From Nemertoderma westbladi (Eukaryota > Animalia > Xenacoelomorpha): 64,000 nt of DNA. A program made the position numbers and the translations under genes. Below the pieces are notes generated by a model. That model made no database searches. It saw nothing but the letters and a program-made list of their open reading frames with translations, and had not been told where the DNA came from. Shown here piece after piece: positions 14,009 through 26,867 of the stretch (the first letter of the stretch is position 1; every line of letters begins with the position of its first letter). The stretch lies in NCBI GenBank assembly GCA_032718475.1, contig JAUCBJ010001139.1, forward strand, positions 1 to 64,000. The letters are read 5' to 3'.

Positions 14009-14017
14009 GACTGCTAT

Positions 14018-14212
14018 GCGTAGCACCTATGCGTAGTTTCAAAATACCTACGCGTAGTTCCAAAATAACTACGCGTAGTTTTAAAATACCTACGCGTAGT
14101 TGTTAAAAAGGCAGTAAGTCTGGCCCTACCGGTAAATGACAGGAATGGAAGTTACAAACTACGCGTAGCTACGCGTAGGCCTACGCGTAGCTACGCGTAG
14201 GCCTACGCGTAG
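14018..14212. repeat. Array of the palindrome CTACGCGTAG, probably subterminal repeats of a MITE
   Basis: About ten copies of CTA(C/T)GCGTAG in two clusters (14018-14100 and 14159-14212). Confidence 0.75.
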
Positions 14213-16438
14213 GTCGAAAAGATTTACCCTAATATAACCCCTAAATTTTGAATTTATTTTGTCTGACAGTCTGATGACTGATGGTATCAGGGTATGGGAG
14301 TCCCGAGGGGAGGTCCGTTCAGTACAGGCTGACCCTGACAGGTATTGACAGTCTGTCTGTCTGTGGTCTGACAGTTGTACCGGTAGCCCAGTAGCCTAAC
14401 TGCTGTCTAATTAACTGTAATTGTAATTAATATAGCAGTACAGCAGTACAGCAGTAGGCCTGTACTGGACTGGCTGACTGGTATAGGCAGATAGCGATAG
14501 GACTGTAGGGTGCGAGTCGATTGATTGATTGATTTTCCAAATTAACATTGAAAACAAATTAAACACATGATTTAACACGGTACCGGTACCGGTAATATTG
14601 ATTAAAATAGGGCCTATGTCATGTATGTAAGTTAATGATATGTCCAGACTGCCAGATGTCATGAACAAAAAGTAATTCCTGTCCTGGTGATACAAACATA
14701 TATTGGAGACAACAGACAATACATAAATAACTACTGCTGTACCGTACTCTGGTACTGTCAGACTGTCACTGTAGGTCATTCATTAGGCGTAAATAAGATG
14801 AGATTCGCCCCTCGACCAATTCGCCACCACCCCCACCCCATTCTGCTAAGTAGGGCATGTACGCCGAACACGTTCGGCGCACAATTTTTTCCAGAATTTG
14901 GAGCAGGCGCAGAAAATTGAGAGCGCAGCGCAGCGCCACGCAGCGCCGCGCAGAGAAAATTTAGAGCGCGGCGCGACAGGCGCAGGCGCAGAAAATTGAT
15001 AGCACGGCTCAGACTTGCACTACAGCACTAAGTCAGTACCGGTAAGTAGACCTACCCCTGGCTGCCTGGCAGTCTGCCGACTACCGGCAGACCGGTAACA
15101 GGGTAATGACAATACAGATAAGACTGTAAGAAATACTGAAATAATAACTGAATAAGCCTCCTACTGTCCTACTTGCTACTTGGTGTGCTTTAGGCCAGTA
15201 CTGCAGTAGGCAGGCAGGTACGTGGTAGGAGATTTCGCGCAGTATTTCTGCTGTGCGCACCAATGTGTAATGTCAATGCTGTAATGTCAATAATATAATA
15301 AAGCGTCCTACTTGGCAGTTAGGTACAATGGCCAAATCTGGCAATGATTGTGATTGCCATATTTGGCAACCAAGCAAAATCTGGCAACATTTCTGATTGC
15401 CTGATTTGGCAACTATATAAAGCCGTTGTTGCCATATTTGGCAACTTAACTAACAGACTAACTCATTGAATATGGCTTATATGGTTCTGCGTCATTAAGT
15501 CCTTCTATGGCAGTCAGGCAGTATGGTCATTCCTTAGATCCTGAAATGTTAATGTTAGGCCTAGAAAAAAGGGATAGGGCCAGGATACAGGCAGGCAGGT
15601 TATACTTATACCGGTAGTGGCATATTCTAAGTTCTAACCAATACAGCAATATATCCTAATAAATGAGGTGAGAATGAGAGTCAATAACACAAACACAGAC
15701 TGACTGGTGATAGTTTATTTTTGCTAGTAATCTCTGGCGCTGCTTGCAGTAAGGGAAAATACCCCGAATTGGGGTACAGCTCTATACCCAGAATCGGTGT
15801 TATAGGGTATATTCATAAATACATTCTTGTCAGTTACGGAATTTTGATGACAAAAATATTACAACTATCAACTTGTTTTTGATGGATAGGCACATTTGGT
15901 GATGCTTTTTTGATTCTCACTTATTTAGCCAGTATATAGCATTCATAAAATTTTGCCTTAAACAATTTATGTTTGTTTTATAAGCAGTTTTTAAATTGTC
16001 AGATACGGAATCCATAATTCTGGAAAATTGAGACATGTTTAAACTTTTTGAAATATCTATGGGGTTTTACTATGACAAGTAATGAAAAGTTGTCAAGGTC
16101 ACAAAAGCATAATTTTGTAATAATTCTAAAAAAATCTGCCTCTCAACGATTAAGAAATGCCTTGTTATTGTTAATTTCGATTGTCACTCCAATTGTCAGA
16201 TACGGATGTGTCAGATACGGATGTTAGGCTTATCAAAAATGTGAAAGTATAGAATGTATGCTTTCACCGGGGCAAGATGTAAAACATGTAAAATCATCTC
16301 ACAATACTACATATCCAAACACCAGCCACCCTCCCTCATTTACGTGTGATAAAAATTAATAACGAAAACTCTTTTTAATAATAGGCTAAAAATTATGTTT
16401 CACAATTCAGTGTACCGGTATGTAACTATCTATACTAA

Positions 16439-19196
16439 TTATTTGATATTATCAAAAATGTGTAAGTTTGTAAGAAACTGGTATGTTCCCTGACCAGACA
16501 TTGCTGGAGGTGGTAAAATTCCACAAATTGAAGACCTTGAAATAGGGTATATATCAATGTTATCTGGCCATTTGAAGACCACAGAGCCATCAAAGGACAC
16601 CTTCTTTCTCATAAATTTGACCTCTGCATTTTTTTCCTCAGTCATCAGGACACTAAGAATTACACCAATACAGACAAAGTTGTTAAATTGGACTGCAACA
16701 TAAGGATTGGATTCTAACGCATACTGGATTTCGCTATATCCCCCCTGTTCATTCATTATCCTATCTTCTACTGGATTATCACCATCCTCATCATTGTCAG
16801 TGTCCCTGTCAGAATCCCCGTCTTCAGAACCAGTCAAATACGATCTCTTGTACATAGGTATGTGTTGAAATTCCGGCCGATAAGTGGAGTAATCATAAAA
16901 TACAAGCATTTGAGGAAGGCGTTTCACTTGATGTACCTGTAAAGTGCGAGGAACTGGTTTGATGTTCTCCAAACAAGCACTATACTGTTCTCTGGTGCGA
17001 TCGATTTTCGACTTGTCTAAATATATCACTGTTATATTAGGGCATATCTTGTTTGAATAGCAAGCAAACTCTTCAGCATTTTGAATAAGAACTTTATTTG
17101 TTTTAACATCAGTGTAAACCTTTCTTTTTAAACCGCCCCCAATACCATCATGGGGGCCTTTAAAATGATGGCTTTCACCATAGTTCCATGTTACTTTAAA
17201 CATAGTTGAAAACTTGTTAAAAAGTTCAAATGTATATCTAGATTTGAATTGACTGGAACTTCCATCCGACCAAAAGTGGACATGATTAATGGTTCCAATA
17301 AGTTTTTCGACTTCTGAGATAACCAACACACATGCACTAAACATTACAAATTTATTGTGTTCAACTTCGTTTGAAACGATGGCAAATGAAACCTCTTTTA
17401 ATTCTACAGACTTCTGTTCAGTGTCGGTAGACGAATCGTAGTTTTCCATTTCGGTTAGAGGATTACTATTGTCAATATTCTCTTTAAATCAACTACAGTT
17501 GCATAGTTATTATTATAGTAAACTGCCGCTGTAAATATGGTGAATGAATCTGTGCCAAAATAGGCACTTTGGATTTCTCCTCTTTGAGTATTGCGATAGT
17601 TTTGCGAAAAGTCTACAGAGATAATTATCTCACCCGCCTGCAAATTCTCCTTGTTGGTTCGCAGCTCGCGATGCTGATTGAGAAATCCAAACATATGTTT
17701 GAAATATAGTTTCAGCTTGCGCCGCAAAGTTAATATGAACTCCTTTCCAGTTTCTTCTACTTTAACCTTCCGTACCTTCTTCTCAATTGTTACGGGTCCT
17801 ACGAATTACCCCAAAATACCCCAAAACACCCCAAAATACTCCAAAATACCCCAAAATAGTCAAATATTACCCCAAAATACCCCAAAAAGGCTAAAAAATT
17901 ACCCCAAAATACCCCAAAATAAGCTAACCATGTTTTTTAACAGCGAGGGAAAGGAGCAGGTTACAGTGGCAAGTTTTTTTAACCAAAACAATAAACGAGA
18001 GTGAAGAAAAAATTTTTAATTATTTTGGGGTAATTCGTCATTATTTTGGGGTAATTCGTCATTTTGCCATATTTTGGGGTAAATTAAATTTCCAAAACAA
18101 AGGCTGAAAAAAAAGTATTTTGGGGTAATTCTAAACTATTTTGGGGTATTTTGGGGTAATTCTAAACTATTTTGGGGTATTTTGGGGTAGTTTTATACTA
18201 TTTTGGCGTCTTTTGGGGTGTTTTGGGGTATTTTGGGGTGTTTTGGGGTATTTTGGGGTGTTTTGGGGTATTTTGGGGTAATTCGTAGGACCGATTGTTA
18301 CCCATTGAGAGTAAACTATTATGGCATCTTGATCACATACATCTTGAAGGTCGGTTTCAATTTTCGAAAGTCCAGGGCAAGAATCACTGTCAAAGTTAAC
18401 CATCAAAAGGGATGCATGATCAACATAAGCTGTTGGGGTTTGTCAGGTAAAGACTTAATATGAGTTAACATCAACTCTATGTTTTCACAAGAATCACAGC
18501 AACACATTTCATTTGGCGTCAAACTATTACAATATATGTGTTTTTCATTTGAAATAATATTATGTAATATTCCAACAGAAATAGGACCTGTAGCAACATC
18601 AGATGGGTCATTGTTATATAAAGCAACTGTCTCCAAAATAGTCCAAAGCAGGAAATGTTTTGACTTAAACATTGATTTCCCATTTCCATCTTTACCGATG
18701 TACACAGTATCCTTTCTTCCTGGACTGACGTATGAAACATCTGGTGATTCGATATACGAAATTATTCGCTGTCGTTTGATATCAGAAATTGGTTTGCGAC
18801 CAACTTTGGACTTCATGGCCCCAATAGCTGATTTACTGTTTGGGGAAAGACTGTTTATCAATGACGACAAAATCTCATTCCTTCTTGTAGGACAGTGGTT
18901 TGACAGCACTTTATTAACACGATTAACTGACCTATTCAATGTTTGCCTGTTGCTAAATCCAGATGATGAAACATTGCCATTACTAAAACTACTGGTACTG
19001 CTAGCTGCATCAGGTGTTTTCGTTCCCTGTCCTTCTTCTTTTGTATTTCATATTTCTCGGGATCTAATTTCAAACTATCTCTAGGCCTATATCGTTTCTG
19101 TTTCTGCCGTTTCTGCTCTTTGTAATCATTATCTCCCAAGGTCTGGCGTTTCCTATGTTCATATTCTGCCTGGCGTATTTTTCCAGTCTTCCCCAT
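16439..19196 (-). pseudogene. Sola2-like DDD transposase pseudogene (frameshifts plus MITE insertion)
   Basis: Fragments 18936-19196, 18403-18939, 18294-18406, 17455-17793 and 16439-17449 give C-rich CCCDSCEN, DFSQNY..EIQSAYF, HFWSDGSSSQFK and HHFKGPHDGIGGGLKR. Removing the 17794-18293 insertion restores SQWVTIEKKVRKVK. Confidence 0.85.
17794..18293. mobile_element. 500-bp MITE with 8-bp TSD (ATTGTTAC) inserted in the Sola2-like transposase
   Basis: TIR GGTCCTACGAATTACCCCAAAATACCCC; ACCCCAAAAT 10-bp repeats on the left, reverse complement on the right; TSD at 17786-17793 and 18294-18301. Confidence 0.9.
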
Positions 19197-20936
19197 ACTG
19201 CCATATCACCAATATTCCTACATATTACAGTATTATAACACCAATAATATTACCGGTACGGTAATTTAGGCCTACGAAATAGCAAAATGTACATTACTGG
19301 TATCCTAATTAGGAATGTGGTTCAGGTATTAAGTAACCAGTATTGGATATTGGTACAGTAGGCCTTACTGCCTATCCTAACAGTAATAATAACATAGACC
19401 TAATACTATAATAATAATAACTTATAAAGCGCCTTTCTGGGCATAATTTCAAGGCGCTATAATAAGTTGCGATTCTTGCTTGTTACAGTCAGACAGTGAT
19501 AGGCAGGCATATAACTTAAAGGCCTCTTAGTTTGAACAACTGCTGAACTGGCCATATCATCTATATTGCTGTATTGTCACACCTGTCAGCCTGTGGTCTG
19601 CCTAATGCAAATAGGTGTAAGTCTGTAAGTAAAAGTAATGTCATCTACGGAAAGCTATATATAGGCCTTTTCATATAATTGTCAGATACGGAATTTCTTG
19701 AATCTGTGAATTGTCAGTCACGGAAAATCATAAGTCAGGAAGTATAGCAGTCTACAACGTGACAGTACAATGCTGAAGTGCAACACGAGAAGCTGCAGCA
19801 ATAAACCTGATAAATTCGAAGAATGAAACAGAGTGATGTAATTTGAAATTCCCTCCACAATCTAAATGTGCACATTGTTGTCAGATACGGATTTTCAGAT
19901 ATGTTTGCAGACATCATAGTATTAAAGTAACTCATACCAAGTCATTTTTAAAAAAATTACCAAATTTTTTTGCATACGTGATAGACCAAACATTTTTGAA
20001 TCTAAATGCTACATCAAATCAAAGGAAATCTTTAACTGTAGTTATTTTAACACATCATAGATTTATTAAACAACATGCAAAATATATATAAAATATTGTG
20101 TATTCGAATATTGCCTATTTTGAAGGGTCTATTAAAAGTCAGCTGACAGACTAAATTATAAAAGAGCTTGTTTTTCCAACTGTCTCATACATATACTATT
20201 CATTAAAAAAAGAAAAATCGCCAAAAATTGAACTTTATTTTTTCCTGCATTTGTCACGAATTTATGAATATACCCTATAGTGGAAAATAGTGACACCGAT
20301 TCGAGATTTTCAGTAGAAAGCTATACCCCGAATTGGTGTTCTACTAGAAAATCTCCAGGCAGCGGAAAAAATTAGGTATACCCCGAATCGGGGTATAGGA
20401 GTTATTTAGTTCCCTGTGAAATCTGTCAAGTGGAACCTGTCAATCAATCATATTATGATTGCAATGGCTATTCTTCATTGGCACTGGCTGACTGAGTGCC
20501 GATTGGCGCTATATTGTCAGATTGTGTTTGTGTACATATAATACTGTAATATTATGGCGCAATTCCTGGTGTTGATTTTAACATACGATTCTAATAAATG
20601 ACTCTTGTCACTAAAAGTATTGTAAAATAAAATCAATCCTGAGTTAATTTCATTTCACGACTTTATAGTAGTATGGGTAGTGTATGTTATCAAAGCAATT
20701 CATAAAAATTAAAAGTAAATAATAATTAATTAGAAAAACTATCTAAAAAAATTATATTATTATTATTACATATTTGTATTTCCTATTACTCTTCTTACTG
20801 TCTTCTGGTCTTAGCAGCTTAGCAGAATAAACCTCTCTTTATGCTTTAGGGCCGTTTCCCAGGTTTGCAAATAGGATAACATTTCACACATCGACATCAC
20901 ACTAATAATTGTGGTTGTGATTTGTATGCTTAGTAG

Positions 20937-21726
20937 TAGGGCTCGATCGGAGTTGGGATTTGGCCGGAGCCGGAGCAGGAGCCGGAGTTAGACAATTTGG
21001 CCGGAGCCGGAGCAGGAGCAGGAGTTTTTCAAAAATTTTATAAATTTAATTATTTATTTAAAAAAAATAAAGTATGGTTATCGTTCGCCAATCGCTCAAA
21101 ATCAATCATACTGTAGGTCTAATTAATTTCATAATTTATAGATTTACGAATTTTCAATTTAAAATTTAAGTAATTGATTTATCACGGACAGACGGCCTGA
21201 CGTGACGGCTAAAAATTACCTACAGTAGGCCTAGCCTACCTAACTCACTAACCGTGGTACTGTGGTAGAGATGTGTACTGTACAGCTGTAGGTAGCCTAC
21301 CGTACGTGTACCAGTACTGCAGTACAGTATGCTGGCAGCTGGCATGGCATGACAGCAGTAAATGGCTGCAGTGGTACAGCTACAGTGTACATTCATAGCA
21401 TTTACAATTTTTTACAGTAGGGCCTATCTGTAATAGTCTGCTAGTCAGCCAGCTGGCCAGTACCAGTACTGCAGTACAGTCAGTCAGTCATTGACTTTAA
21501 GTAAATACTGCAGTACTGCAGTACCGGTATTATGCTTGATATTGAAGCTGTACTACAGTACTTACTTCAGTACTTATAGTGTAAATAATTGTTCAGATTA
21601 GAATATGCACGAAATATAATACTTTATTAAAAAATTAACTCCGGCAATATTTTTACCGGAGCCGGAGCAGGAGCCGGAGGTGCCAAAATGGCCGGAGCCG
21701 GAGGCCGGAGCTCCGATCGAGCCCTA
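20937..21726 (+). mobile_element. hAT-type MITE, copy 1 (8-bp TSD CTTAGTAG)
   Basis: TIR TAGGGCTCGATCGGAG; GGAGCC subterminal repeats; TSD at 20929-20936 and 21727-21734; near-identical inverted copy at 40575-41388. Confidence 0.92.
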
Positions 21727-22337
21727 CTTAGTAGCTTAGACGACTGTGTATTACATTACATTACAGTTAGACGGGAAGCAGTTTGTTTGGTTGATGAAAG
21801 TCATTCTTGCTTTGAACCTTTTTGTTTGCGTTTGAATCCAATATTGGAATGGAATATTGCTTCTGCTTTTATATTTTGTTTTATTTAGACTTTTGATTAA
21901 ATTTATAAGCATTCCTGATTTCCTGGCTTTACTCGGCGTGGCTGTTGAGGTTGGGCGGCAGATTAATTCAACTAGGCAGCAATGTTAAACGAGGCTAAGG
22001 GTAATCTAACTAAAATAAATTGAATACAAATTGATCTTATTATTATTGCCATGTATAGCCTTGTCCTTTACATCAACTCAACTAGAAGGCCAGCAAGCTG
22101 GCTTTAAACGGACCTGCCCATCAAACTAGTACCCTGAGTGACCATGCAGACAAATCTATTGCCCTGGTATGGGTGGCACCAGCATGCAGACAATATCTAG
22201 GTTCCAATCATTACTGGAAGCCTATTACAAACTCTAATGGCCTGTCCTGCTATCAGCTAGGTGCTAGGGCCAATGTCAATATGTATATACATACATACAG
22301 CCAATATTGTGCACATACATACTTACATAAGCCTACT

Positions 22338-22965
22338 TACTCGGCTCAATCAGTTCGACTCGGCTCAATCAGTTCAACTCGGCTCGATTGGTTCGACTCG
22401 GCTCGATCATGGTTCGACTTGGCTTGATTCTGTGATTGGTTCGACATGGCTTGATCGCTTCGATTCAGCTCAATTGGTTCGTCTCCGCTCGATTGGTTCC
22501 ATCAGGCTCAATCGGTTTGATCTGGCTCGATCAGTTTGACTCGGTTCGACTTGGTTCGATCAGTTTGACTCGGCTCCTTAGGTTTGACTCAGCTCGATAG
22601 GTTTGACACGGCTCGATAAGTTCGACTCAGCTCGATAGGTTCGGCTGTTCGGCTCTATCAGTCCCACTCGACAGGTTCGTTCCAGCTCAATTGGTCCAAG
22701 ACGGCATGATCCGGCTCAATCAGTTCGACTCTGCTCAATGGGTTCGACACGGCTCAATAGATTCGACTTGGCTCAATAGGTTCGGCTCGGCTCAAACGGT
22801 CTGACTCATCTTGATCTGGCTCAATTGGTGTGACTCGGCTTGATGGGTTCGACTCGGTTTGATAGGTTCAACTTGGCTCGATAGGTTTGTCTCAGCTCGA
22901 TAGGTTCAACTCAGCTTGATAGGTTCGACTCGGCTCCATCAGTTCGACTCGGCTTGATCGGATCG
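22338..22965. repeat. Degenerate minisatellite, approx. 20-bp unit (GTTCGACTCGGCTCGATAG-like)
   Basis: Roughly 30 imperfect copies visible; the overlapping ORFs are repeat artefacts. Confidence 0.88.
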
Positions 22966-22982
22966 ATACGGCTTTCTTAAAT

Positions 22983-25900
22983 TAGGGGGAGATGTTAGGT
23001 CACAAACAGTATTGGCTACCATCCACAAAGTTGTGTCCATGTATCCTGTCACCGAAAATAACATCAAAACAGGGTAGGTGTCAAGTCCTAGGGTACCTAC
23101 CCCCCTACTTAGATGCGCTTCCATCATATGCGACTGAATGTAGTCTAGCGGGTTAACCGCTCTCACTAATTATGCAAAAAAAACGTAAAATTCAGAATTA
23201 ATTATGTAAACTATCATCAAAAATACACCTACAGGGTAGGTGGTCACGGTTAGGTCCTCAAAACAGATTAGATTCAAGTCCTAGGGTACCTTCCCCCACT
23301 TAGAACAGATTCCGTCATGTGCGACAATGTAGTCTAGCGGTCCTGCAGTCAAATGTCGTGTCCTGGGGGTACCCCTGCTTTAGAATGTGTCATTGCCTGT
23401 GATGGGTCACCAAATGTAGGCCTAGTTTTGTGCTACATCCTCTTGGGAATTCTGTAATTTAGGAGTTAAGCACTTATCTTAGCATAGGCCTTTGGTGACT
23501 TAGTAATTTGTAGATCGAATGTAACATAGTTATAGGATCCAATGTAACATAATTGAGGTTACGTTCGATTCGTAAAAACTATGTTACGTTCGATCCTGAT
23601 TACGTTCGGTCTGTCACCCCCACTCTTTATAGGCCTACCTACTGGTTGCAGTTCATTTCATATAATTTATACTATTGATACTTTGAATTCATTATATTGG
23701 ATACTATATACAAAATTTAATCTAATTTAAACTCTTAGTATATTTATCTAATGGAGTCTGAAGAACAAGAAGATTTTAATTTTCTTACAACTAGAGCGAG
23801 TCAATACAGCAGGAAAGCAGCTACAGAAGTAGAAGTTTCTACATCAGCAGCATCTTCATCAAGTCGTCCTGTAAGAAAGCTGCAAGTGATAAAATGCCAG
23901 AACCATTATCAAAAGAAGGATTTGGGAAAGGATTGCTCTGAGTGCATTTACTTTCCCTATTTTACTTTTCCAAATGGAAAGCTCCCAACTATAGCTCAAG
24001 TGATTGGTTTAACTTTGGTGGCAAAACATGATGAACAAAACCAAGCTCTGAAGGTTGACGTTATTTTAGATGTTGTATCAAATATGATGCTCCAATGGAT
24101 ATATTGCAACATTTACACTGTAACACGAAAGTCTGTAAGAAACAAATTGGAATCTTTATTAAAGGAATACTACTATCTTAAGGACTATCCTGCAACTAAA
24201 AAGAAATATACTTACTGGCAAAGGTTCCAGGATTTTCAGGCAAAGTGCAAGGGTCTCTTTGACATCAAATGTGACAGTAGCAAAGAGAAATCACAGGGAC
24301 TAATATGGGGTGTTATGATGACTGATGATGATCGGAAATTCTATGAAAATCAGTGTTTGATGCCACAAGTTGGGTACTGTTCTTCTTTTGTGAATAGGAA
24401 ATGGGCAGTATCTAGTGAAAGGCATAATAGAGAAAGTCTTAGCAAGTTAAAGGCAAAGGAGAAATCAGAGATTGAAAAAGATAAGTTAAATCCTATTGCA
24501 TGGTCTGATATTGAAGGTGGAATTTTGAGTGAAAGTAATGATGAAGGTAGCTTAGATGAAGGTGAATGCTTCGAATTGGCAACACCTAAGAAAAGAAAGT
24601 ATCAATTTGATGATGTTCTTGAATCAGAAAATGACCAGATTATGTCATTTAATTATAGACATATCCGTAATGGACCAAGATCGGTACGGCCAGAGGTTTA
24701 TACATTGATGCATAAGTTGTCATCAGAATTTCATATGAGCAAAGCTCAAATAGAAGGTTCAATTATCAATGTAGCCAATACCCTATTTGGTAGAAATTGG
24801 AAAGCTTACAGTAATGATGATGCAACAACTGTTGATACACTGCCAAATCTGAGCAACTTAAGAAGAACCGAGCCATACATAGAAGCAATGGCCCTTAGCA
24901 CTATTGTTGAGGATATAATGGAAGATAGTAATATGACATCAATTACATACTCGAGTGATGGGTCAAGCATGAGTGGAGTAGGTAAATATGTTGTGCAATC
25001 ACTCACAATTAATGGTGTGCAGAGAGCACTACCAACACTTGGGATTTTTACAGAATCCAGAGAGAGTCTGAAGGATCTCGAAATTATTACCTTAAAGATA
25101 CTTTCAGCAGCAGTAGGTCACAAATATTCTGAAAAAGATATACTTAAGAAGATTTCGTTTGTGATGACTGATAGCACTGCTCATAACCTAAATGTCATTG
25201 AAAGTGTTTGTGAGGAGTTAGATGTTGATACTGTACCTGGAACACTCTTATGCAACATTCATCCATTGATGATGTTTCAGTCAAATATTAAACAGCTTTG
25301 TCAAGAAATACATGATTCGTTAGGACCACGTAAGATTAATGAATGTTTTCTGGTTGATCTTGACATGCATCATGAGTCATTCATTATCAAAGCAATTAAG
25401 TGTCTTTCGCATTTTATCAATCGAGACTTTTCAGCAAAACCTTGGAATAGGCAAGGTCATTTTGATGAGTTCATCAAACCAAAGGTAAACATGTCATTGT
25501 GTCTAAAAGACCACCGATTTAATAGGATTAATGACTGTTGTCTAAGCTTGCTTTATCATCTTGATGACATTGCGAACTATCTTGATACATTCAAGAATAT
25601 TATGAATAACATATCGATTCTAGACCGCAGCTTTGTTGAGATGGAAATACTCAAACCAATATTGTGTACAATTTCATTAGTTGGAATTCATATTACTCGT
25701 CCTTTCGAGCATCTCCTCATGGACACATCAACTACATACTCAATGCTGTTAAAGTCATTTCAAAAGCTATTTGCTGATCTTACGGAAATCCCAGCCATCA
25801 GATTCAGTTCCACATCAGAACAAGTTTGCACATTTGTCTCAAGTGAAATTTTTAAGAAGTCATTACCAAATCAATGCTTGTTAGATAATGATGACACAAA

Positions 25901-26365
25901 TTGATGTGACCTACCACTGCACAACAAGAATAAGATGTAATGTCAGTGGTGTCTTGGTAAAAAAGCTCAATGAGCTTTTAGCAGAAATGTAACTCGAGAG
26001 TCAGGACTAATTACAACATAGATACATTTTATTATATCTACAAAGTACAAAACTTTAAAAATGTATTGCATTTTATACCTTATACATGTTCATGTTCATC
26101 TTGTTTAGGAATGCCAACACAGCTTCTAAATTAGCGCACAAACATCATTTTATTAAATAGTGCTACCCGCTAAGATTATAGTGGACCATGATGACTGCCG
26201 TAAATAATGAGGTAATCACCGAAACTTGGATTGATAGGTAGGTATCCTAAAAAATGGATCCTACCAAATATTTGCACGTTTTTCATCACCAGTAGACTAA
26301 TTAACATGTTTTGGACAGGTAGCCAACCCCTTAAAACCCTTTTCAAAAAATAACATCCCCCCCTA
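22983..26365 (+). mobile_element. hAT-superfamily transposon with 7-bp TSD (hATw-like)
   Basis: TIR TAGGGGG(A/G)GATGTTA; CTTAAAT at 22976-22982 and 26366-26372; contains the 717-aa transposase-like ORF. Confidence 0.8.
23751..25904 (+). CDS. hAT-like transposase, probably C-terminally truncated
   Basis: 717-aa single ORF inside TIRs; candidate catalytic aspartates YSSDGS and VMTDST, CxxH motif (CNIHPL), RF motif (KDHRFN). No third catalytic E or dimerisation region is recognisable before the stop. Confidence 0.75.
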   Translation: MESEEQEDFNFLTTRASQYSRKAATEVEVSTSAASSSSRPVRKLQVIKCQNHYQKKDLGKDCSECIYFPYFTFPNGKLPTIAQVIGLTLVAKHDEQNQALKVDVILDVVSNMMLQWIYCNIYTVTRKSVRNKLESLLKEYYYLKDYPATKKKYTYWQRFQDFQAKCKGLFDIKCDSSKEKSQGLIWGVMMTDDDRKFYENQCLMPQVGYCSSFVNRKWAVSSERHNRESLSKLKAKEKSEIEKDKLNPIAWSDIEGGILSESNDEGSLDEGECFELATPKKRKYQFDDVLESENDQIMSFNYRHIRNGPRSVRPEVYTLMHKLSSEFHMSKAQIEGSIINVANTLFGRNWKAYSNDDATTVDTLPNLSNLRRTEPYIEAMALSTIVEDIMEDSNMTSITYSSDGSSMSGVGKYVVQSLTINGVQRALPTLGIFTESRESLKDLEIITLKILSAAVGHKYSEKDILKKISFVMTDSTAHNLNVIESVCEELDVDTVPGTLLCNIHPLMMFQSNIKQLCQEIHDSLGPRKINECFLVDLDMHHESFIIKAIKCLSHFINRDFSAKPWNRQGHFDEFIKPKVNMSLCLKDHRFNRINDCCLSLLYHLDDIANYLDTFKNIMNNISILDRSFVEMEILKPILCTISLVGIHITRPFEHLLMDTSTTYSMLLKSFQKLFADLTEIPAIRFSSTSEQVCTFVSSEIFKKSLPNQCLLDNDDTN

Positions 26366-26651
26366 CTTAAATAGCGAAATTTATTACCATTTTTAATTAT
26401 TATAATGTATTTGTAATAAATAAAAAAATATTTTTTTTTAAATAATATTTTTTTTTTTTAATTTTTTTTTTATTTTTCAATTTATTTTTTTTGCTAATGT
26501 CTCGCAACACCGTTTGCGGCTCGGCCCGAGGAAAAACCATTATGCTAATTGTAAATGCGTCTTGGCTGCCTTTATGGCTCGTCCCAATAGCCACTCTGAT
26601 CAACTAACACCAAACACCGTGGGAAATAGCTTACAAATAAATCAGGTAATA

Positions 26652-26867
26652 AACACAGTGTATGGATGATAGAAATGAAATAAAATATTGAGGGTCTTTA
26701 GCTGGTTTATTATATTAATTAAAGACAGAAAGATAATAGTCTGATGCAGAAACCGTTGAAAACGTTTACTAGTGTTATCTTTAATTAATATAATATAAAC
26801 CAGCTAAAGACAAAGACAGAAAAACCCTCAATATTACATTTGATTTCTATCATCCATACACTATGTT
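26652..26867. repeat. Foldback (long inverted repeat) MITE-like element
   Basis: AACACAGTGTATGGATGATAGAAAT..ATATTGAGGG..TCTTTAGCTGGTTTATTATATTAATTAAAGA is mirrored at about 26778-26867. Confidence 0.82.

Larger units (their letters stand above)
15805..20275 (-). mobile_element. Sola2-like DNA transposon, full length but disrupted
   Basis: TIR GGGTATATTCATAAAT flanked by TATA on both sides (15801-15804, 20276-20279); internal TGTCAGATACGGA repeats near both ends; carries the transposase pseudogene below. Confidence 0.8.
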
